From Sumerlaeia bacterium (GTDB taxonomy: Bacteria > Sumerlaeota > Sumerlaeia > SLMS01 > JAHLLQ01), in the NCBI GenBank assembly GCA_040219255.1, contig JAVJSW010000027.1:28990-92989 (forward strand): a stretch of DNA of 64,000 nucleotides, written 5' to 3'. The translations under genes and the position numbers were made by a program. Below are positions 19,895-32,056 of this stretch, in pieces; the stretch's first letter is position 1; the number at the start of each line of letters is the position of its first letter. The notes below the pieces were generated by a model, which saw nothing but the letters and a program-made list of their open reading frames with translations, ran no database searches and was not told the origin of the DNA.

Positions 19895-20452
19895 ATGAAA
19901 AAGTGTGAGCGATGCGGCAAAGACGACGCGGTGGTCAAGCTCACGCGCATCGAAAACGGTCAGGTTTTTTCGGTCGTTCTGTGCCAGTCCTGCGCCGCCG
20001 AGCAAAGTCCCATCCAGAAGAAGATTTACCAGAAGCAGTCCACCAGCATCGACAGCCTGCTCAAGGAGTTGCTCAAAGGCCAGCACGCGGCGGTGATTTC
20101 CGAGGCGGAAGCGGCGGAACATTTCGACATCGCCCCTTGTCCCAAATGCGGGCTTGAGTTCGCCTCTTACAAGAGCACTTACATGCTCGGTTGCCCGGAA
20201 TGCTACATCGCCTTCGCCGAGCACCTGGAGGACGATCTGAAGAAGATGCACCACGCCACGCGGCATGTCGGCTCGGGGCCGCCCGGATCGTCCGAAGATC
20301 TGGTCCGCGAGCAGCGCCGCATCGAGGAACTGCGCGAGGAATTGAAGACCGCCGTGGAAATGGAAGATTACGAACACGCGGCCCGTCTGCGCGACGAAAT
20401 CGAGCGCACCGAGCATCAGCTCAAGGGCCAGAAGACCGAAGGCAAAACCTGA
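19895..20452 (+). CDS. mcsA: McsA protein-arginine kinase activator
   Basis: CERC, LCQSCA, CPKCG, LGCPECY motifs and C-terminal UVR motif (AVEMEDYEHAARLRDEI). Confidence 0.92.
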   Translation: MKKCERCGKDDAVVKLTRIENGQVFSVVLCQSCAAEQSPIQKKIYQKQSTSIDSLLKELLKGQHAAVISEAEAAEHFDIAPCPKCGLEFASYKSTYMLGCPECYIAFAEHLEDDLKKMHHATRHVGSGPPGSSEDLVREQRRIEELREELKTAVEMEDYEHAARLRDEIERTEHQLKGQKTEGKT

Positions 20453-20500
20453 TCCGCCCCACCCGGCGGACGCCACCCGCGAAACGCAAAGGACCCCCTC

Positions 20501-21565
20501 GTGAGCGACTACCGCACATTTGACGTCACCGACCGCTGGCTCGACGAAGACCGTGCGGAAAGCTACGCGGTGCTGACCAGCCGGGCGCGGTTCGCGCGCA
20601 ATCTGGAGGGCTTTCCCTTCGTGCCCCATTCCGGGCCCGACGTTCTCGAGCGGGTGGACGATTACGTTTCCGAACGCCTGCGTCAGTCGGACTATTTCGG
20701 AAGCTATGAGCGGATCGAATTGGCTCACCTGAGCGAAACGGACCGGGCTTACCTGAAGGAAAGCCGGCTGATTCCCAAGGAGATGGAGCGGGGCGCGCCG
20801 CATTCGACGGTGTTCCTGTCGCCCGACGGGATGGCTTCGATCCTGATCAACGAGGAAGACCACATCCGGGCGCAGATTCTGGCGCCGGGGCTCGATGTGG
20901 AGGGGGCGGTGTCGGCGCTCGGTGAGATCGACGACGAGCTGAGCAAGACAGTCGCCTACGCATGGTCCGAGAAGTTCGGTTACCTGACGGCCTGCCCGAC
21001 GAATCTGGGAACGGGCCTTCGAGCCAGTGCGATGCTGCACCTGCCGGGGCTGACGCTCTTGCAGGAGGTGGATCAAAGCCTGCGGGGTCTGACCCACTAC
21101 GGGCTGACGGTGCGGGGATTCGAGGGCGAGAACAGCGATTTCCTGGGGGATTTCTTCCAGATCAGCAACGAGGCCACGCTGGGTAAATCGGTGGACGAAA
21201 TCGTGGAAACGCTGGTGAGCGTGATCAAGCGGATCGTGGAACGGGAAGAGGAAGCGCGGGCGAATCTGTTCGCGCATCACGCCAGCGCGGCGGACGACGC
21301 GGTGTGGCGCAGCTACGCCGTGCTGCGGTACGCGCGCAAGATGGATACGAACGAAGCGCTGCGGCTTTTGAGCCGCCTGCGGCTGGGGATCGAAAGGGAT
21401 TATTTCCAGAACTTCACGCACAAGGATTTGAACCGGCTCGTCATCGAGGTGCAACCCGCGCATCTGGAACGAAAGAGGGACGAGTGGGAAAAAAATGCGA
21501 CCCGGGACGAGGCTCGTGCACGACATTTGCGCAGCCGTATGCAAGGGATCGTATTGAGCGCCTAG
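20501..21565 (+). CDS. mcsB: McsB protein arginine kinase
   Basis: SRARFARNL, INEEDHIR, GYLTACPTNLGTGLRASAMLHLP, QISNEATLG. Confidence 0.95.
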   Translation: MSDYRTFDVTDRWLDEDRAESYAVLTSRARFARNLEGFPFVPHSGPDVLERVDDYVSERLRQSDYFGSYERIELAHLSETDRAYLKESRLIPKEMERGAPHSTVFLSPDGMASILINEEDHIRAQILAPGLDVEGAVSALGEIDDELSKTVAYAWSEKFGYLTACPTNLGTGLRASAMLHLPGLTLLQEVDQSLRGLTHYGLTVRGFEGENSDFLGDFFQISNEATLGKSVDEIVETLVSVIKRIVEREEEARANLFAHHASAADDAVWRSYAVLRYARKMDTNEALRLLSRLRLGIERDYFQNFTHKDLNRLVIEVQPAHLERKRDEWEKNATRDEARARHLRSRMQGIVLSA

Positions 21566-21762
21566 CACTTAGGCGTAGCAAGCGGTCTAATGACCGAGGA
21601 ATCGCGAAAGGGCAGCCTTGACGGTCTGGCCCCGGTAGCACCAAACTTTCGGAGGTGGACGGCGTCTGGCACGCCGATCGAACGGGCGGATCAATCGCCG
21701 GTTTGGCGCGTCGAAGTCCAAAGCTTTCCGATCACCAGTCAAGTCTCTGGAGGCTTTTTGCC

Positions 21763-24276
<2,514 letters not shown>

Positions 24277-24305
24277 GGGTTTTCTTCGAGCGAGACAGAG
24301 TTCCT

Positions 24306-24348
24306 CCGCCCCGGTCTGCGCCCCGCAGACCGGGGCGGTTTCCTTTTT
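24306..24348 (+). terminator. Rho-independent terminator after clpC
   Basis: CCGCCCCGGTCTGCG/CGCAGACCGGGGCGG stem followed by TTTCCTTTTT. Confidence 0.85.
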
Positions 24349-24376
24349 GTGCCGAGCGCTTCGGATTCGGAGGCAT

Positions 24377-25498
24377 TCACGTCAGCGACGCCACCCCCTC
24401 CAGCGCCCCCCATTCGCGGGCCCAGCTTCGGACGCTGGCTTCCCAGCCGCCGGAGCCATCGGGCAGGATTTGGACATAGGTCAGGGGTTGGCGCATGGCG
24501 GGGGGCTGGTGGTCGTTCTCGAGAATGGCGACGGGGCGCCAGGTTCCGGTGTTGAGGCGTTCGGGTCCGGCTCCGGCGCGGGCGCGGAGGGCGTGGTGCG
24601 TGTGCCCCGTGAGAAAAAACCGCAGGTGGCTGGGGAGCGGTTCCGTGGTGGCGCCGCGCAGGGGCGAGAGGGCTTGGCGGACGCCTCGGTTCATGGCGGC
24701 GATTTCGCGCCCGGCGAGAGCCTGCCAGTCGGCGGCGGCTTCTTCTTCGCGCCAGGGTTCGACGGCCCGGACGAGGCCGTGGTCGCCGCGCAGGGCCTGG
24801 CGGAGGCGCTCCCAGCCAAAGCGAAGCCCCTCGCCGCCCAGGGCGGCTTGGGCGAGGCGGATGGTGTCGGCGACGGTTTCGCCTTTGTCGATCCAGGGAA
24901 ACTGGGGTTCGAAAGCGTTGACGAAGCGCCGGACGATGACGCGCCCCGCCGGATTGGCGGCGGGATTTTCGAGCGCCCGGACGCGATTGAACGGGTCCCA
25001 GCGATGGCCGTGCTCGGCGTAGAGGCCGAGGGCTTCGTCGGCGAGCCCATGGCGCCAGCCGCCGCCGTAGCGGGCGTTGACGGTGGGCAGGACTTCGCGC
25101 AGCAGCGCCCAGGCGCGCGGGTCCACCATGGGCTGGTCGTGGTTGCCCAGGACGTAATCGATCTGACCCCCGGCGGCGGACCACTGGCGCAGGCCGGCGA
25201 CCCAGCGGGGATGGGCTTCGAGGATGCGGTGGAGGGCGCCGGCGGGGCGTTCGCGGGGACGCTGGGCCTGCCACAGATCGAACACATCGCCGAGGAGCAG
25301 CAGCCTGGGCACGAGCCCGCAGGCCCGGGCCTGCTCGGCTTTGACGGCCAGGAACCGGGCGAAGGCGCCATCGAGCCGGTCGCGCGCGGCGGCGCGGGCG
25401 ATGCGGCCGCGTGGTCCCTCGGGACGCGGCCCCCACCACAGGAAATCTTCGAGCGACCCGCCGTCGCCCAGGTGCAAGTCGGAAACTACCAGCAGCAT
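24377..25498 (-). CDS. Calcineurin-like metallophosphoesterase
   Basis: SDLHLG, GDVFD, GNHD, EHGH, GHTH and NTGTW motifs. Confidence 0.88.
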   Translation of the reverse strand: MLLVVSDLHLGDGGSLEDFLWWGPRPEGPRGRIARAAARDRLDGAFARFLAVKAEQARACGLVPRLLLLGDVFDLWQAQRPRERPAGALHRILEAHPRWVAGLRQWSAAGGQIDYVLGNHDQPMVDPRAWALLREVLPTVNARYGGGWRHGLADEALGLYAEHGHRWDPFNRVRALENPAANPAGRVIVRRFVNAFEPQFPWIDKGETVADTIRLAQAALGGEGLRFGWERLRQALRGDHGLVRAVEPWREEEAAADWQALAGREIAAMNRGVRQALSPLRGATTEPLPSHLRFFLTGHTHHALRARAGAGPERLNTGTWRPVAILENDHQPPAMRQPLTYVQILPDGSGGWEASVRSWAREWGALEGVASLT

Positions 25499-25678
25499 GG
25501 TCTTTCAACCCCTTCGCGTGCGCCCTTGTGCGGGCGATTGAGATGGGGCGAGTGTGGCGCAGGCGCCGATTCCGTGCGCGTGACTAACTTCTGGGTTTCT
25601 TGTGGGTTTTAACGGTGTGGGGGCGGTGCGGGAGTGGGGCCTGGATGTCGATGGCTGAGAGGAGAGGATTTAATTCAT

Positions 25679-25828
25679 TCACCACCGAGCCACAGAGGGC
25701 ACCGAGGTGGGGGGAATGGCTGCGACTTCGGCTGGGGGGGCATGAGTGGGAGTCCGAGGCTGTATGTCGGTCGAAGCGGGAAAGGTTTAAGTTCAATAAT
25801 CTCTGTGTTCTCTGTGACTTTGTGGTGA
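25679..25828. mobile_element. MITE-like element with imperfect 28-bp terminal inverted repeats
   Basis: TCACCACCGAGCCACAGAGGGCACCGAG versus reverse complement of CTCTGTGTTCTCTGTGACTTTGTGGTGA, 22/28 identical, with 9-bp internal periodicity. Confidence 0.55.
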
Positions 25829-25924
25829 TTTCTCGAAGGTTCAGAGGGAGGCGTCGAAAATGTCGCTTCGCTGGCGGGACACCTGAAGAGGGACCTGCTC
25901 GTCGCGAGAGAGCGAAATGGCTGC

Positions 25925-26245
25925 TTACGCCTGGGACTCTTTTCGTTTCACGGATTCCATAACACTTCGCAGCGCCGCGTTGATTCGGGACTGATAGCCA
26001 GGTCCGCCCGACTTGAAGAACTCGATGACCTCCGCATCGAGTCGAATGGACACGGCTTGCTTGCGGGCTTTCGCGCTATTGAGCTTCGCCATCAACTCCT
26101 CGGCGCTCATGATGGGCGCGGCGTCTGGATCTTCTGCGACGGCCTTGGCGATTTGCTCGTCCGTCATGGCTTCCAGCCGCGCGTAGTCGGTGCGGTCCTC
26201 AAGAGGTGAATCGGGCGATGTGACGTTCTCAGCTTGGTCTCTCAT
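25925..26245 (-). CDS. BrnA-family antitoxin (no adjacent toxin)
   Basis: TDYARLEAMTDEQI..AVAEDPDA; KQAVSIRLDAEVIEFFKSGGPGYQSRINAALR. Confidence 0.88.
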   Translation of the reverse strand: MRDQAENVTSPDSPLEDRTDYARLEAMTDEQIAKAVAEDPDAAPIMSAEELMAKLNSAKARKQAVSIRLDAEVIEFFKSGGPGYQSRINAALRSVMESVKRKESQA

Positions 26246-26358
26246 GATTGTCAGCTCATGGGACTGCTTCAATTTCGAATCGTTGCCTATGTTCCAACGT
26301 TCGATCCTGCGACAAGGCAGGCGAAGAAATCGCAGATTTTCTTTCGGCTGTAAAGCCC

Positions 26359-28023
26359 CTAATACTCCACCGTCGCCCGGGGCTGGGGCGGTTCGGGGCG
26401 GGGGGCTTCGTCGAAGACGTCGCGGCGCAGGAAGACGTGGAGGAAGTAGCCGTCGTTGGGGAAGTCTTTGTGGGTCCAGGTGCCTTTGAGGGCGTAGCGC
26501 TCGTGGAAGAGGGGCGAGTCGTAGAAGTCGCGGTCGACGCGCCAGTTGATGGCGAGGCCCCAGCCCGGGACTTCGCGGCGGAGGGAGACGAGGACGATGG
26601 CTTCGGGGCGCATGTCGAGGACGACGTCTTCGACGGGGTAGCGGGCGTCGAGGCCTTGCTTGTGGATGACGCGGGCCCATTCGGGGTCGGCGAGGCCTGC
26701 CATGTCGATGATGGTCATTGAGGGGTTGTGATAGCCGAGGAGGCCGATGTCGGTGATGACGAAGGTGAGGGGTTCTTCGCGTTCGAGGGACCATTGGCGG
26801 GCCCAGAGGGCCATGGCTTCGTGGCCGTCTTCCCATCCGAAGTGGCGGGTGTAGCCTTCGAGGAAGGTGTGGGTCATCTGGGGCCGCATGGAGAGGAGGA
26901 ACAAGCCGCCGAGCGCGAGCGGGGCGAGGAGGGAGAGGGCGTAGCGGGCGCGGCCGGGGAGGTAGGCGAGGGCGCGGGCGACGGTGAATCCGGCGGCGAC
27001 GGCGACGACTCCCGCGATGGGGGCGATGAGGCGCAGGCCCGGCATCCAGTCGCCGCCTTCCCAGGCGACGACGGCGAGGTGGCCGGCGGCTCCGAGGAGG
27101 AGGACGAGGAGGACGGGGCGGGCTTCTCGGGCGATGAGGAGGCCAGCGGCGCCGACGGCGAGCAGCAGGGCGCCCTGGAAGCGGAAGAAGTAGTCGCGCA
27201 GGTAGCCCCAGCCGCTGGCGACGCGGCCGCCGGTGTCGCCGACGACCTTGGCGAAGTAGGTGTTGGGAACCGGGACGCCATAAATGGCGAGGCGAAAGGC
27301 GAGCAGCGCCGCGAACATGGCGAAGCCGATGGCGGCGGCGAGCAGGAGCGGGCGCCGGGGAAGGCGTTTCCATTGGGCGATGGCGAGGCCGCAGAGGGTC
27401 AGGCCGAGGAGCCAGGCGAGGCCTTCGGGGCGGGTCCAGGTGGCGAGGCCGAGGGCAAGGCCGGCGGCGATCCACTCAAGGCGGGGGGCGGGGGCCTCGC
27501 GCGGCAGAATCAGGCGGGTCACGAGCCAACTGGCGGCGGTGAGAAAGAAAGCGAAGAGGGTGGTTTCGAGGCCGGAAATGGCTCCCACCAGGAGCATGGG
27601 CGACTGCGACAGGATCAGGGGGGCGAAGAACCAGCGGGCGGGGCTGAGGGTGGCGCGGAGGTCGCCAGGTTCGCTGTGGCGCAGGAGATCGCGGGTGAAG
27701 AGGACCGTGATGGCGAGGGTGCCGAAGGCGGCGAGGGAGCCGAGGATTTTCGTGGCCAGCAGGGCGTTGCCGCCCAGCGCGTAGATGGCGGTTTGAAAGA
27801 GAAAGAGGCTGAAGTTGGTGAAGCCTTCCACGCGGGGGCCGCCGATGTTATAGACGAAGCCGTGGCCCTCGGCGACGTTGCGCGCGTGGCGCAGCGTGAT
27901 GTAGGCGTCATCCATCGTGATGGGCCAGATTGCCTTGAGCAGGGGAGCCATCATCGCAAGACAGAGGAGCGAGCAGCCGATGACGGTGAGTTTGCGAAGG
28001 GAGCGGCGGTCGGGCATTTTCAT
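26359..28023 (-). CDS. Polytopic GT-C-type glycosyltransferase (AftB-like)
   Basis: DDAYITLRHARNVAEGHGFVYN..RVEGFTN, SGLET, TRPEG, PNTYFAK, GGDWM, DMAGL; many TM segments. Confidence 0.8.
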   Translation of the reverse strand: MKMPDRRSLRKLTVIGCSLLCLAMMAPLLKAIWPITMDDAYITLRHARNVAEGHGFVYNIGGPRVEGFTNFSLFLFQTAIYALGGNALLATKILGSLAAFGTLAITVLFTRDLLRHSEPGDLRATLSPARWFFAPLILSQSPMLLVGAISGLETTLFAFFLTAASWLVTRLILPREAPAPRLEWIAAGLALGLATWTRPEGLAWLLGLTLCGLAIAQWKRLPRRPLLLAAAIGFAMFAALLAFRLAIYGVPVPNTYFAKVVGDTGGRVASGWGYLRDYFFRFQGALLLAVGAAGLLIAREARPVLLVLLLGAAGHLAVVAWEGGDWMPGLRLIAPIAGVVAVAAGFTVARALAYLPGRARYALSLLAPLALGGLFLLSMRPQMTHTFLEGYTRHFGWEDGHEAMALWARQWSLEREEPLTFVITDIGLLGYHNPSMTIIDMAGLADPEWARVIHKQGLDARYPVEDVVLDMRPEAIVLVSLRREVPGWGLAINWRVDRDFYDSPLFHERYALKGTWTHKDFPNDGYFLHVFLRRDVFDEAPRPEPPQPRATVEY

Positions 28024-28478
28024 GGGAGAAAGGGGGCAGCGTGAAGAGGCAATCGGTTGAGTCGTCGTCCCGAAAGGGCCCGGCAGGCTAGCACCGGCGG
28101 CCCGCGGACGCGCAAGCGGGAGTCCGAGACGAAGGCGGGACGGCGGGAGCCTTCAACCACAAAGGGCCCAGAGGACAGATTTTTTCCAGAGCTTGCCGAA
28201 CCGGGTGGAAGGGAAAATCCCGAATGGAACGGCGGGCTCCGGATGGTGTCACGATTTCCCCGCCCGCGCACGGCCTCTGGCCCGCCCTAACAGCCCGCCG
28301 ATACAGACCGCCGTGCGGTGCCGGCTCGGCGCCCTCCGCGGCCAAGGTTCTCCGCGCGGTCGTCAATGGGCGAATAATTAGCGAAACTTTCCCCTTGATT
28401 CGCCGCCCCGTTTCCCGCAAGCTCTCACCCAAGCCCCACGTTCCAAGCCCCCTCCCCTCCGACTCGAGGACTCCGCCC

Positions 28479-29525
28479 ATGGCCTCACCGAACCACAACC
28501 TCGATCCCCGGCCCTCCTCGCCGCAGGAGGGCGACGTCGACCGTGCCCTGCGGCCCACCGGCCTGGGGGAATTCGTCGGCCAGAGCCAGGCGGTGGAGAA
28601 CCTGCAGATCTTCATCACGGCGGCCCGCCAGCGCGGCGAAGCCCTCGACCACGTTCTGCTCTACGGCCCGCCGGGCCTGGGCAAAACGACTCTGGCGCAC
28701 ATCATCGCGACGGAGATGGGCTCGCAACTGCACAGCACGAGCGGCCCGATCATCGAACGCAAGGACGACTTGGCGGCGATCCTGACGGACCTCAAGCCCC
28801 ACGACATTCTCTTTATCGATGAAATCCACCGTCTCAATCGCACGGTGGAGGAATGCCTCTATCCCGCCATGGAGGATGGCCAGATCGACATCATGATCGG
28901 CGAAGGGGCCCACGCCAAGAGCATCAAGCTCGACGTCGCGCCCTTCACTCTGGTCGGCGCCACCACGCGCGCGGGTATGTTGACGGCGCCGCTGCGCGCG
29001 CGGTTCGGCATCACGCAGCGCCTGCAATTCTACAGCGACGAGGAAATGGCCAAGATTATCACCCGCAGCGCCCGCCTCCTGGCCTGCTCCATCACGACCG
29101 AGGCCATCGGCCTCATCGCCCGCCGCAGCCGGGGCACCCCGCGCATCGCCAACCGGCTGTTGCGCCGCGTGCGCGACATCGCCCAGGTCCGCCACGACAA
29201 CCACATCGATATCGGCGTCGCTGAAGACGCCCTGCGCCTTCTCGACGTCGATCAGCGGGGCCTCGATACGCAGGACCGCGCTTTTCTTTCCTCGCTCATC
29301 GACCGCTTTGGCGGCGGTCCGGTGGGGCTGAACACGTTGGCGGTGTCGCTGAGCGAAGACGAGGACACGCTTCTCGACGTGGTCGAGCCGTACCTGATCC
29401 AGATCGGCTTCCTGGCCCGCACCCCGCGCGGCCGCGTCGCCACCCGCGCGGGCTACGAGCACCTCGGCCTGAAAGCACCCCTCGACCTGGAGAGCGAACC
29501 TCTGGACATTTTCACGGCGGAGTAG
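28479..29525 (+). CDS. ruvB: Holliday junction branch migration helicase RuvB
   Basis: [58 protein letters not shown]. Confidence 0.97.
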   Translation: MASPNHNLDPRPSSPQEGDVDRALRPTGLGEFVGQSQAVENLQIFITAARQRGEALDHVLLYGPPGLGKTTLAHIIATEMGSQLHSTSGPIIERKDDLAAILTDLKPHDILFIDEIHRLNRTVEECLYPAMEDGQIDIMIGEGAHAKSIKLDVAPFTLVGATTRAGMLTAPLRARFGITQRLQFYSDEEMAKIITRSARLLACSITTEAIGLIARRSRGTPRIANRLLRRVRDIAQVRHDNHIDIGVAEDALRLLDVDQRGLDTQDRAFLSSLIDRFGGGPVGLNTLAVSLSEDEDTLLDVVEPYLIQIGFLARTPRGRVATRAGYEHLGLKAPLDLESEPLDIFTAE

Positions 29526-29530
29526 GGGGA

Positions 29531-29584
29531 CACAGACAGGAGAGTTTGTGCTACATGTAAGGTAGCACGGGCGTCCCGCCCGTG
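29531..29584. repeat. Back-to-back GTAG REP doublet
   Basis: CACAGACA-ggag-AGTTTGTG-CTAC (29531-29554) and GTAG-CACGGGCG-tcc-CGCCCGTG (29562-29584). Confidence 0.75.
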
Positions 29585-29775
29585 ACCTGCGGCGATTTCT
29601 GGCAGAGACAAAACCGTTGTCCCCGCGCCCTCTACCAAAGACCAGCGTTCCGCCCGTGGCGGCGGGAGGGGCGGGGCGGATAGAGTCGACAGAGACGGCT
29701 ACGCGCAAGCGCCCCCGCTCTCCCGGTGTCAGAGAGCGGGGGCGTAGAGAAAACAGGCGCGGCACTTTCAACCCG

Positions 29776-30573
29776 TCAGGGGACTTCGGTGACCGCGTGT
29801 TCTCCCGTCTCCATCAGGGTTTTGAATTCTCTCAGGGCGTCTTCCATTTGCTGGCGCGGCTCCTCGCCGAAGAGCTTGGCCACGCCGGCGCCGATCTTGC
29901 CGGCGGGCGGTTCATAGCGCATGCGAACGGTGACTTCGGTGCGGCCGTCGCCGAGTTCGTGAAAGCGCACGGAGCCTTCGTTCTCCACGTGCGATCCCTC
30001 GACGCTCTCCCAGGAGATCAGCTCGTTCTCGCGGTCGTCCACGATTTCCGCGTCCCATTCGACGCTGATGCCCGCCGGGCCGCGGGCCACCCAATGGCTG
30101 CGCCACGCGTCGAGCGTCCGCACATCTTTGAGGTGCTTCATGAACTGGGGCAGATTTTCCAGGTTCCGCCAGAAATGGTACAGCTCATAGGCGGGGCGGT
30201 CGATGGTCAGCGTCTTGCGCACGCGAATGGTCTCGCGCATCATGGCGCGCACCTTGTCTTCGAGGGCGTCCGTCGCCCCGGCGGTGTTGATGCCTTGGCG
30301 CTCGTAGAGGTCGCAGTGGCCCGTCAGGCCGCGCTTGAGCAAGACGCCGCCGGCTGCCGCCACGGCGAGCCAGCCCCAGGACAGGCGCCGGATTCCGTAG
30401 AGGGCGAGGGCTCCGCCGATGGCGGCGGAGGCGGCCCGTTCGGACTCGCTGACATTTTGCCGCGCCCGGGGGCTTCTTGCACGGCTTTCCTCGGGCAAAT
30501 CGGGCCGTTCGGCCCGGGGGCGGCCGGTTTCCCGCGGCATTCCGGTATTCAGTTCCTGACTCGCAACAGACAT
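29776..30573 (-). CDS. SRPBCC (polyketide cyclase-like) protein with N-terminal DUF2892-like segment
   Basis: NVSESERAAS...RGLTGHCDLY; WRNLENLPQFMKHL; SHWVARGPAG..VEWDAEI. Confidence 0.85.
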   Translation of the reverse strand: MSVASQELNTGMPRETGRPRAERPDLPEESRARSPRARQNVSESERAASAAIGGALALYGIRRLSWGWLAVAAAGGVLLKRGLTGHCDLYERQGINTAGATDALEDKVRAMMRETIRVRKTLTIDRPAYELYHFWRNLENLPQFMKHLKDVRTLDAWRSHWVARGPAGISVEWDAEIVDDRENELISWESVEGSHVENEGSVRFHELGDGRTEVTVRMRYEPPAGKIGAGVAKLFGEEPRQQMEDALREFKTLMETGEHAVTEVP

Positions 30574-30717
30574 ATTGGTTCCTCTTTGGCAGAATTCTTA
30601 CAGACCACGTCGAACCGCGGCGCCAAAGAGTAAAGCATCGGCTATGCCACCGGGCTTTCGGCACTCATGAATCGTTGTCATTAGAGAAGATATAAACGCG
30701 GATTGGCCGTGCCGCGG

Positions 30718-31971
30718 TCAAATCCCGCCGGGGATCCCGCCCGCCAGTTTCAGCGCCATCCGCAGTTCGATTTCGATGCGGTCGACGCCCTTGCTCCAGG
30801 TGTGCTCGCGGGCCATCAGCACCCGCTTTTCTTCCAGCAGGGCGTGTTTGTCGGCCATGGCGACGCTGACCGCCGAGAGGAATTCCATGGGCGAATCGGC
30901 GGTGCGGATGGCGCCTTCGTACACCGATTCGCGCACCGTGCGGGCCACTTCGGAGATGTTGGTGCTGACGATCGGCCGGCCCGAGGCCAGGTATTCGTTC
31001 AGCTTTTCGGGGTACATGGCGTTGGTGAAATCGTTGCGCTTGTGCGGAATCAGGAGCACGTCCGCTTCGCGGTAAAGCGCCGGATAGCAATGGTGCGGCA
31101 CATCGCCGAGGAAATGCACCCGGGGATTCTGCGCCACTTCGCGGTCGAAGACGGCGTCGAAGGAGGGGTCCTTCTTGCCCAGGAAAACCAGGTCGCCCAC
31201 GGGCAGGTACTCGATCAAGGCCCGCAGGATGTCGGGGTCCAGCCGATGATCGACGACGCCGCCGTAAACGAATCGGGGACCCGGGATCGCCTTGATCCGG
31301 TCGAGGTAGTTCTTCGTCTGCGGGTCGATGGGATAGGGGCGGCTGGGTTCGTACAGGTAATAGTCGGGAACGCAATTTTCCAGGAGGAATGGCCTGGGCG
31401 AGATGTCTTCGCGGCGGTCGAATTGGGGCTGGGATGAGCAGAACGCCACGGCGCAGGACCGCAGCAGTTCACGCTCCCACGCCCACAGGAGGGACTTCTG
31501 CAATTCGTTGAAGGCGGGACTGACGGCAAGTTCGTCGTACACGTGGCAGACGGAGACGACGTCTTTCGGCAGGTGCTCGAGGATTGCCATATGCCACGGC
31601 GCGCCGAACCAGTAAACCTGTGGCTTCCACTTCAGCGAATTGGCCGCCCGCAGGCCGCGCTTGGCCAGTTCGCGCCCCGCCAGGCCGCGCAGATTTTCCC
31701 CCAGGCCCCTGCTCTTGACCATCCGCACGCCAAAGGGCGTGACGCGCGCGGGGGTCACGACCTGGAAGGGGCGGTCCGGCGCGGTCCAGGTGCTGCCGAG
31801 GGCGTGGAATCGGACGGGCGGTTCGACATAAACCACGGGCCATCCGCGCCCCGCCAGATTCCACAGGTGATAGCGGGTTGAGCCGTACACCTCGGGCCAC
31901 CGCCACGTTCCCGCCGCGAAAGCGAGAATGGCCGGGTTGGTGGCGGGTTGGGAATTCTGGTCGCTGCTCAT
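30718..31971 (-). CDS. GT-B glycosyltransferase (TuaH-like)
   Basis: VVYVEP, YDE, YGGVVDHRLD, VHFLG, PEKLNEYLASGRPIVS. Confidence 0.85.
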   Translation of the reverse strand: MSSDQNSQPATNPAILAFAAGTWRWPEVYGSTRYHLWNLAGRGWPVVYVEPPVRFHALGSTWTAPDRPFQVVTPARVTPFGVRMVKSRGLGENLRGLAGRELAKRGLRAANSLKWKPQVYWFGAPWHMAILEHLPKDVVSVCHVYDELAVSPAFNELQKSLLWAWERELLRSCAVAFCSSQPQFDRREDISPRPFLLENCVPDYYLYEPSRPYPIDPQTKNYLDRIKAIPGPRFVYGGVVDHRLDPDILRALIEYLPVGDLVFLGKKDPSFDAVFDREVAQNPRVHFLGDVPHHCYPALYREADVLLIPHKRNDFTNAMYPEKLNEYLASGRPIVSTNISEVARTVRESVYEGAIRTADSPMEFLSAVSVAMADKHALLEEKRVLMAREHTWSKGVDRIEIELRMALKLAGGIPGGI

Positions 31972-32056
31972 GGAAATCTTGCTCGTTTGGGTCGAACGCC
32001 CGCTCCGTGATGGAGGCATTTGACAGGTCAGAGATGGCTGGGCGTCAACCCTCGGC

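Noticed and set aside
25925-27475. 516-aa ORF apparently fusing a long Arg/Pro-rich region to BrnA
   Set aside because: The upstream part is an alternative frame of the glycosyltransferase gene; BrnA plausibly starts at ATG 26245
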